Assembly (NCBI GenBank): GCA_036149055.1 | Contig: JAYZQJ010000097.1 | Location: 17,456 to 81,455 of the forward strand | Direction: 5' to 3' | Origin: Myxococcota bacterium | Lineage (GTDB): Bacteria; Myxococcota_A; Polyangia; Polyangiales; Sandaracinaceae | DNA length: 64,000 nt | Shown: one piece after another, positions 1 through 7,700 of the stretch | How the letters are laid out: each line of letters opens with the position of its first letter | Position numbering within the stretch: position 1 is the stretch's first letter | Notes under the pieces: model-generated | The model's input: the letters and a program-made list of their open reading frames with translations, nothing else | Told to the model about the DNA's origin: nothing | The model's database searches: none | Translations under genes and position numbers: made by a program

Positions 1-216
1 AGGGTGTGTGCCAAGCCGATGATGCTCGAAAACGATCCGGATGTCCTGATGAACCCGCGCCCGGTGGGGTGCCCGGACGCGACGCAGCCTCGGGGGATGG
101 TCCGTCGACGTGGACCGTGCGGGAGGTATTCACCGGGGGCGCGGCGAAAAGCGCCCGACGCGCGGGGTTCACGAAATCGCGACGGAACGCGCCGCGCCTG
201 ATACGATCGGCCCTCG

Positions 217-1308
217 ATGACCGAGACGCCCTCAGACGTGGCGGGGCGGTGCGGGCCCTACACGCTCGTGCGGCGCATCGGCGCGGGCGGCATGGGGGAG
301 ATCTTCCTCGCCCGGGGGCCGGACGGCGCCGAGGTCGCGATCAAGCGCCTGCTCGCGGAGTGCGCCAAGGATCCGGTCTTCATCGGCATGTTCCTCGACG
401 AGGCGCGGCTGGTGAAGCGGATCCACCACCCGAACGTCTGCGAGGTCTTCGAGCACGGTCAGGAGGGGCCGCACTACTACCTCGTGATGGAGCACATCGA
501 CGGGGTGAGCCTGCGCGACCTGCTCGAGCAGCGCGCCTTCCGTGGCCTCCCCTTCCCGCTCGCCGCGCGCATCATGGCCGAGGTGGCGGCGGGCCTCGAC
601 CACGCGCACCGCCTCGAGGACGAGCTCGGCGTGCCGCTCGGCATCGTGCATCGCGACGTCAGCCCGGCGAACATCATGATCCGCAAGGACGGCCAGGTGA
701 AGCTGGTCGACTTCGGGCTCGCCAAGGCGCGCACCCAGCTGATGAAGACTCAGCCCGGGCTGGTGAAGGGCAAGTTCGGCTACCTCGCGCCGGAGCAGCT
801 CGGCGGCCGGGTGGACTGGCGCACCGATCTGTTCGCGCTCGGGCTCTGCTTCTACGAGGCGATGACCGGGCAGCAGCTCTTCGGCCAGCGCACCGCGGCG
901 GAGACGGTGCAGGCCATCCAGCGCTTCTCCGGCCCGCCGCCGATGGCCGAGAGCGTCGGCGCGCCCCCGGCCCTCGACGAGGTGCTGCGGCGCGCGCTCG
1001 CGCCGAGCGTGAACGAGCGCTTCCAGTCGGCGGCGGAGCTCCGCGGCGCGCTCGGCAAGCTGGTCCGGCAGGTCCCGGCCGAGAAGATCAGCGCTGCCGC
1101 GCTCGCCGCCGAGCTGAAGAAGGGCGTTCCTGGGGGACGCTCCCCTTCGGCGCCGCCCCCCGCGCTCGGCCGCGACAAGCTCGACAGCGTCCCGGTGGCC
1201 GACCAGGGGAGCCGCGGCAGCCAGGGGGTCTCCCCGCTGCTCCTCGCCGGCGTGGCCCTCGTCGTTCTGGTCCTCGCCGTCGCCGTGGGCGCTGCCCTGC
1301 TGATGTGA
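217..1308 (+). CDS. Hanks-type Ser/Thr protein kinase with C-terminal transmembrane helix
   Basis: IGAGGMG, VAIKRL, HRDVSPANI, DFGLAK and GKFGYLAPE motifs; hydrophobic C-terminus LLLAGVALVVLVLAVAVGAALLM. Confidence 0.95.
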   Translation: MTETPSDVAGRCGPYTLVRRIGAGGMGEIFLARGPDGAEVAIKRLLAECAKDPVFIGMFLDEARLVKRIHHPNVCEVFEHGQEGPHYYLVMEHIDGVSLRDLLEQRAFRGLPFPLAARIMAEVAAGLDHAHRLEDELGVPLGIVHRDVSPANIMIRKDGQVKLVDFGLAKARTQLMKTQPGLVKGKFGYLAPEQLGGRVDWRTDLFALGLCFYEAMTGQQLFGQRTAAETVQAIQRFSGPPPMAESVGAPPALDEVLRRALAPSVNERFQSAAELRGALGKLVRQVPAEKISAAALAAELKKGVPGGRSPSAPPPALGRDKLDSVPVADQGSRGSQGVSPLLLAGVALVVLVLAVAVGAALLM

Positions 1309-1392
1309 GCCGCTCCGTCGTCGAAGCCTCCTGGCTGCGGACGCGGACTCGTGGCTGAATCGTCCCGCATCGGAGTCCCGCGACCCGACTCC

Positions 1393-1512
1393 GGGTCCGA
1401 CGCCGAGTCCGAGTTCGACGCCGAGTCCGAGTCCGAGTCCGAGTCCGACACCGAGTCCGACACCGAGTCCGACACCGAGTCCGACACCGAGTCCGACGCC
1501 GAGTCCGAGTCC
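1393..1512. repeat. Intergenic hexamer-based tandem array (GAGTCC/GACACC/GACGCC)
   Basis: Four exact GAGTCCGACACC copies at 1441-1488 with degenerate flanking units. Confidence 0.9.
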
Positions 1513-1658
1513 GCACCGGGTCCGATCGTGGCGGCAAACCGAGACCCGCCTCTTCGGGGACGATCCTATTCGTTCATCGAGCTCGGCCGAGACCGTGCCG
1601 AGGCCGGCGCTTCGGGAAGCCGATGCTTCGGGGACGATCCTATTCGTTCATCGAGCTC

Positions 1659-1853
1659 GGCAGCGGCAGCGAGACCGGCAGCGGCAGCGAGACGGGCAGC
1701 GGCAGCGAGACCGGCAGCGGGGCCGGCAGCGAGACCGGCAGCGAGACCGGCAGCGAGACCGGCAGCGAGACCGGCAGCGGGGTCGGTGGCGAGACCCGGC
1801 GCGGGCCGGTGGCGAGACCGGCGGCGGGCCGGTGGCGAGACCGGCAGCGGGCC
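1659..1853. repeat. Tandem array of GGCAGCGAGACC-type units
   Basis: Repeated GGCAGC/GAGACC hexamers, degenerating toward 1850. Confidence 0.85.
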
Positions 1854-1958
1854 GGAAGTGTGAGCGGCGCCAGGCTCACTCGCCTGAGCGCCAGCGATTC
1901 TTCCTCGCCTCCCGCCTCCCTTCTCCCCTCAGATGCGTCGCCAACGAGACTTTCGTAT

Positions 1959-2160
1959 GCGGACTCGGCTGCGGACTCGGCTGCGGACTCGGCTGCGGAC
2001 TCGCCTGCGGACTCGGCTGCGGACTCGGCTGCGGACTTGGCTGCGGACTCGGCTGCGGGCTCGGCTGCGGGCTCGGCAGCGGTCTCGGGCTCGGCACCGG
2101 TCTCGGGCTCGGCACCGGTCTCGGTCTCGGGCTCGGGCTCGGAGTCGGCGGCGGACTCGG
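1959..2160. repeat. Tandem array of GCGGACTCGGCT-type 12-mers grading into GGTCTC/GGGCTC hexamers
   Basis: Direct inspection. Confidence 0.85.
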
Positions 2161-2529
2161 ACGGAGTTCGATGAACGAATGGGATCGTCCCCGGTTCCGG
2201 CAGAGGCTCGGGGCGGGTGGCGAGCTCCTCGGCTGGTCCGCGGTAGCTGTTCCTCCTCGCCTCCCTTCTCCCTCCTCCCCGATGTGCGTCGACAACGAGC
2301 GCCCCGGATATCGAAGGTGCCGGCGTCCTCGGGCGGAGTCCGATGTTGGGAGGCCCCCTTCCGTGGTCACTCCTCCATGGACTTGTCGCCCCCCTCCGCG
2401 CTCCTCATGCTGCTCGTCTTCTCGTGAGCGTCCGGGGGGGCGCAAGGGGGCAGCGAATGGGATGGGCGTTCCGTCTTTGGGGACTGGCGAGGGCCGTGTG
2501 GACGACCGCGGATGATGTGCGGTGGTCCG

Positions 2530-4794
2530 TCAGGGGGTGGGAGGAGCCGTAGCGACGTCGATCCGCACGCGCGCGGGCGCGCTGCGTCGGTCGCCGAGGA
2601 TGGCCACCAGCTCGTGATCACCGGGGGCGGGGGACCAGTGGGGCGATGCGTGGGGCGCGCCGTCGATCTCCCAGACCACCTCGGTGGTCGCGCCGCGCAC
2701 GGTGGCGCGGAGGGGGATGGCCCCGGCGCGAACGAGCAGGCGCGCGCCGTCTTCGGGGTGCGCGACCCGCGGTGTGCCCGCCGCGTGCGGATCTTCGCGT
2801 AGCGAGAAGCCAGCCGGATGCGCGTCCTCCAGCCAGCGGGCGTAGCGTGAGGAGAGCGCGACCGTGCCGTCCTCCCGGTGCGCCTCGCAGCGCTCCAGCG
2901 GGAGCTGGCCGGGCGCGAAGCGCTCCTCGAGGGTGTGCGTGCAGCCCGGGCCCGCCAGCCGGCCGGTGACGGCGCAGACCCGCGCGTGGGCGAGCGACGG
3001 TCGCTCGAGCTCATCCCCCACCAGGTCGAGCGCCTCGAGGCGCGCGTGGGCCGCGGCGAGGAGCCGCACCGCCGAGGGCGCCGCGCCGCGGAAGCCGCTG
3101 AGCCCGCCGAGCGGACGGCCCGACGGGTCGCCCACCCAGACGACGACCGTGACCTCGTCGGTGAACGCGGCCGTCCACGCGTCGCGCCAGCCGCTCGACG
3201 TGCCGGTCTTGAGCCCGAAGCGCGCGAGGGGGAAGAGCCTCGCCAGGTCGTCGCCGAACGCCTCGCGCCGCGCGCGCGCGTCCATGAGGATGTCTCGGGT
3301 GAGCGCCGCCGCCGCGGGGTCGATCACCGGCTGGGCCACCGGCGCCGCGCGGACCGGGCCGAGCGAGAGCGGGACGTGGGTGCCGCCGCGGGCGAGCGCC
3401 ACGTAGGCCTCGGCGAGCTCGAAGCCGGTCACGTCGGCGCCGCCGAGCACGATGGCCGCGCCGTACCGGGGGGCCTCGTCGAGCTCCCGCATCCCGAGCG
3501 CGCGCAGCCGGTCCACGATGCGGTCGGCCCCGACCCGGCGCGCCGCGTCGAGGGCGGCGAGGTTCAACGACGCGCTCAGCGCCTCGCGCGCCCGCACCGG
3601 CCCTCGCTCCCGGCCGTCGTAGTCGCGCGCGGTGAAGAGCGCGCCGCCGGCCCCGACCATCGGCCGCGAGAGGTCGTCGAGCAGGCTGGCCGGCGTGCCG
3701 CCGCGCTCGAAGAAGAGCGCGTAGACGAACGGCTTGAGCGTCGATCCCGGCTGCCGCCGCGCCCGCGCCAGGTCCAGCCAGCCGCCCGGCGCGTCGCCCT
3801 GGCGCGCGGCCCCCACGTGCGCGAGCACCTCGCCGGTGGCGTTCGAGACCACCACCGCCGCCGCGTTCGTGACCCCGCGGTCTCCGTGCGCCTGCACCGC
3901 CCGCTCCAGGACGCGCTCGGCCTCTCGCTGGAGCGGCAGATCGAGGCTGGTCTCCAGGGCCCGGCCGCGCCGGCTCAGCCTCCCCTCGCGCCACGCGTCC
4001 AGCGCCGCGTCGGCGAAGCGGGGCGCGCGCCAGGGTCGGACGGGGACCGGTCGGATCGAGACCGCCTCCCGCGTCGCCGCGTCGTGGGTCTCGGCGTCGA
4101 TCCGACCGCTGTCCCGCATGCGCCGGAGCACGATGGCCCGGCGCCGGAGCGCGCGCGGCAGGTGACGCCGTGGATCGAGCGCGGTGGGCGCCTGCGGGAT
4201 GCCGGCGAGCAGCGCGGCCTCGCCGACCGTCAGCGCCGAGACCGGCTTGCCGAAGTAGAGCTCGCTGGCCCGCGCGACGCCGACCACCCGGTCGCCGAAC
4301 GGGAGCCGGTTGAGGTACTGCTCGAGGATCCAGTCCTTGTCGCGCTCGCGCTCGAGCTGGATCGCCCGCGCGATCTCGCGCGGCTTGTCCCAGAGCCCGT
4401 CCGGGCGCCCGTGGGTCAGCTTGATCAGCTGCTGCGTGATCGTCGACGCGCCGCTCGTCCGCTGCCCCGGGAGCGCCGCGCTCAGGGCCGCCCGCGCCGT
4501 CGCCCGCACGTCGACGCCCGCGTGCTCGCGGAAGCGCTGGTCCTCCACCGCGAGGACCGCGTCCACGAGGTGCGGCGACACCTCCGAGAGCGCGACCCAG
4601 CGCCGGTCCCGCCCGTCCGAGCGCGCGTGACGCAGCGGGGTCCCGTGCCGGTCGGTGACCGTGACCGCGTCGGGCGGCCGCTCGAAGCGCGCCCGGTCGA
4701 CCTCGGTCGTCAGCAGCAGCCAGGCGACGCCCGCCGCGCCCAGCCCCGTGAGCGCGAGCGTCGCCTTCACCGCCCGTCGGAGCGTGCGCCTCAT
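2530..4794 (-). CDS. pbpC: Penicillin-binding protein 1C (transglycosylase + transpeptidase), 754 aa
   Basis: Start MRRTLRRAVK at 4794 overlaps the A2M stop (ATGA); N-terminal TM; GASTITQQ, ILEQYLN, PGSTLKPF (SxxK), SLN and KTGTS motifs; adjacent to A2M. Confidence 0.92.
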   Translation of the reverse strand: MRRTLRRAVKATLALTGLGAAGVAWLLLTTEVDRARFERPPDAVTVTDRHGTPLRHARSDGRDRRWVALSEVSPHLVDAVLAVEDQRFREHAGVDVRATARAALSAALPGQRTSGASTITQQLIKLTHGRPDGLWDKPREIARAIQLERERDKDWILEQYLNRLPFGDRVVGVARASELYFGKPVSALTVGEAALLAGIPQAPTALDPRRHLPRALRRRAIVLRRMRDSGRIDAETHDAATREAVSIRPVPVRPWRAPRFADAALDAWREGRLSRRGRALETSLDLPLQREAERVLERAVQAHGDRGVTNAAAVVVSNATGEVLAHVGAARQGDAPGGWLDLARARRQPGSTLKPFVYALFFERGGTPASLLDDLSRPMVGAGGALFTARDYDGRERGPVRAREALSASLNLAALDAARRVGADRIVDRLRALGMRELDEAPRYGAAIVLGGADVTGFELAEAYVALARGGTHVPLSLGPVRAAPVAQPVIDPAAAALTRDILMDARARREAFGDDLARLFPLARFGLKTGTSSGWRDAWTAAFTDEVTVVVWVGDPSGRPLGGLSGFRGAAPSAVRLLAAAHARLEALDLVGDELERPSLAHARVCAVTGRLAGPGCTHTLEERFAPGQLPLERCEAHREDGTVALSSRYARWLEDAHPAGFSLREDPHAAGTPRVAHPEDGARLLVRAGAIPLRATVRGATTEVVWEIDGAPHASPHWSPAPGDHELVAILGDRRSAPARVRIDVATAPPTP

Positions 4795-7700
4795 TCGCCC
4801 TCGTCCACCACCCGGAGCACGTTCACGCGCGACCGCGCCACGAAGCCGTGGTCGTAGAGCGCCTCGATCTGCGCCGGCGGGACGGTGAAGATGCCCACGC
4901 TGGTGGCCCGGATCGCGTAGGTGTACTCCTGCAAACCACCCGGCATGCGATCGAAGTAGAAGCTCGCCCCGTGGCTCGGGAATGCGCGGTGGGCGATGTG
5001 CCCGAGCGAGCGCATCGCGTGGTGGGCGCGCGCGTCGACCACGTCGTCGTCCGGCCCCATGCCGAGCAGCGCGGCCAGCGACGCGCGAGGCGTCGTCTCG
5101 AGGCCCGCGTCGACCGCCTCGAAGCCGGCCGCGACCGGGTCGAAGACGCCGACGATCTCCGGGCCGCCGCCCTCGGTGTAGACGAAGAGCCGGACGCGGA
5201 TCATCTCGCCGAGCGGCACCGTCGCGCCGTCCTCGAGGGGCCGTCCGTCCTGGGTCTCGAAGACGCGATGCAGCGCGGTGCGTCGGCCGCGCGGGGTCTC
5301 GTCGGCCTCGGTCAACGGGACCGCCCAGCGGCCGTCGAGGCTGAAGAACACCGCGCCGTCGTCCGCGCCGCGCACGTGGAGGGTGTGGGCCCCGCGCAGC
5401 GCCGGCACCTCGATCCGGTAGGTCGCCGCGCTGTCCGAGCGGGTGATCGCGGGGAGCGCCTGTCCGTCCAGCAGGACCTGCGCCGCTCCGCCCTCGCCCC
5501 ACGCCCAGAGCGACGCGTAGGCCGAGAGCCCGAGGAGCGCGCGCGCCGTCTCGAGCGAGCTCGACCAGGGGTGACCGGGCCGGCCTCCCCGCACCACGAG
5601 CAGCTGTCCGGCCAGCTCGCCCGCGCGCGGGTGGCCGACCTCGTAGCGGCTCGCGGCCTCGAGCACCGCGCCGAAGGTCCGCGCGCTCCGCTCCACCCAG
5701 CGCAGGCGCGACGGGTCGCGGGCCTCGTCGTCCCGGTCGGCGAGCACCTGGCGGCTCGCGGAGAGCACCAGCGTGTCGGTGCGCGGGTCGTCCGGCCCGA
5801 AGGCCAGCGCGAGCTGCGCGAGGCCGAAGGGCGACAGGCGCTCCCGCTGCTCGTAGATCGCGGTGGCCCGTGCGCCCTGCGGCTGCCCCGCCTCCGCGAG
5901 GACCCGGAGCGCGTAGGCGATCCGGTCGAGCCCGCTCTCGCCGTACTGGTCCTGGAACGACGCCCCGTTCACCAGCGGCGCGAGCACCTCCGCCGCGCGT
6001 CGGGTCACGTCGGGGTCCACCCAGCCGTGTCGCTGCGCCGCCGCGAGCGCGTGGGTCGCCACCGCGGTCTCGTGGAGCAAGGTCCAGCCGGCGCTCGTCC
6101 AGCGAGAGAAGCCGCCCTCCCCGTTCTGCAGCGCGGTGAGCCGGCGGACGAGGCGCTCGGCCCGGGCCCGGAGCTCCGCCGGCGAGAGCCCACCCGACGG
6201 CGCGGCGACGCCGAGGTCGGCCCACGCGGCGAGCGCGAGCAGGGTCGCGGCGACCGACTCGGTGTCGCCCCACGGCGAGGCCTCGAGGCTCTCGACCGCG
6301 CCCTCGAAGCCGATGAAGGGGTGAGAGGCGACGGTGACCCGGAGCCCGCCGCCGGTGCGCGGCGTCGCCTCGGGCAAGCCGACCTGCACGTCGCGCGATC
6401 CCTCGGCGGCGCCGAAGACCTGGCTGCGCACGTAGCGTCCGCGCGGGGCGACCGCGATCTCGTCTCGCACCGCGACCGCCTCGTCCCCCGCGCGGGCGTC
6501 GAAGCGGAGCGCGAGGGGCCCCTCGGCCGGCGCGGTGACGGGCTCGGAGATCCGGAGCTCGCCGCCCGCCGGCAGGGTGACGGTGTGGCCCGGGCGCCGC
6601 GCGTCGCCGACCGTCAGCGACCAGGTCACCTCGAGGGGCGCCTCGGTCGCGTTGTGGAGGAACGCCGCCGCCTCCACCGCGTCGCCGGCGGTGAGGAAGC
6701 GCGGGAACGCGGGGCGCAGCACGAGCGGCTGCTCGGCCACCAGCTGGGTCGACGCGCGACCGGCCCGCGCGCCCTCGTCGACCGCCACCGCCATCACGCG
6801 GTACTCGGTCGCGCGCTCCGGGAGCGTGAGCGTGGCGGTCGCCCGGCCGCGCGCGTCGGTCTCGAGCGCGGGCGCCCAGAGCGGGGTCGGCTCGAAGCGC
6901 TCGCGGTCGTCCATCATGCGGCGGGTCGCCTCGCCGTCGCCCCCGTCCCCGCTGGCCTCCGGCATCGGCGGGGGCTGGATGCGAGAGACGAGGTCGCGGC
7001 GGGTGTCTTCCCAGGCGAAGGCCGGCGGCCGCGGCCGGAACAGGTTGCCGATCGGGTTGGGCGTCGCGTAGCCGGTCAGCCGCAGCGTGCCCTCGTCGAC
7101 GGCCCAGAGCGTCACCTCGCCCCGCACCGGCCGGCCCGCGTCGTCGCGCACCTGCACCGCGACCGGGACGGTGGCGCCGGGGCGCGCGTCCTCGGGCGCC
7201 TCGAGCGTGACGTGCAGGCGCGAGGACTCGGGCGCGACCCGCAGCTCGGCCACGCCGAAGCGGAGATCCGGCGCGTGCAGATCGATGGCCTCGCCGGGGG
7301 GGCCGGTGCGCGGGCGCACCAGGGTCACCGAGACGAAGACGTTCGGCACCATGCCCGCGTCGAGCCGCACCCGGACGACGTTGCCGCCGGGCTGCACCGG
7401 GCGCCGCTCGAGGGCGCGGGCGCCGTCCTCCGACTCGAGCGTGATCAGCGCGGTGGCCACGTCGAACGGGGACTCGAAGGCGAGCTCGGCCGTCTCGCCG
7501 ACCGTCCAGCGCTGCCGGGTCGGGGTCACCGCGATCGGCGCGCCGGGCGGATCCCGGTCGGGCTGCTCGTCCGGGCCGGCGACGTAAACGCGGCGGCTGG
7601 CGACCGAGCGGCGCCCCGCGTCGTCGGTGGTCTCGACCTCGACGAGGTAGGTCCCGGAGCGCGTCGGCGCGTAGGCGCACGCGGTGGGCTCGGCCGCGCT

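Larger units (their letters stand above)
1552..2193. repeat. 36-bp motif CTTCGGGGACGATCCTATTCGTTCATCGAGCTCGGC: two direct copies and one inverted copy
   Basis: Identical copies at 1552-1587 and 1626-1661; reverse-complement copy at 2164-2193 (30 bp, 2 mismatches). Confidence 0.9.

Noticed and set aside
1552..1661. 36-bp repeat / 38-bp spacer / 36-bp repeat resembling a minimal CRISPR array
   Set aside because: Only two direct copies, the third is inverted, the spacer resembles the local repeats, and no cas genes are in the window.
1351..2515. ORFs with SE/SG/AD/CGLG repeats (1351..1863, 1595..2515, 1623..2174, 1876..2445 and others)
   Set aside because: Hexamer arrays are stop-free in most frames; there is no RBS, domain or preferred frame.
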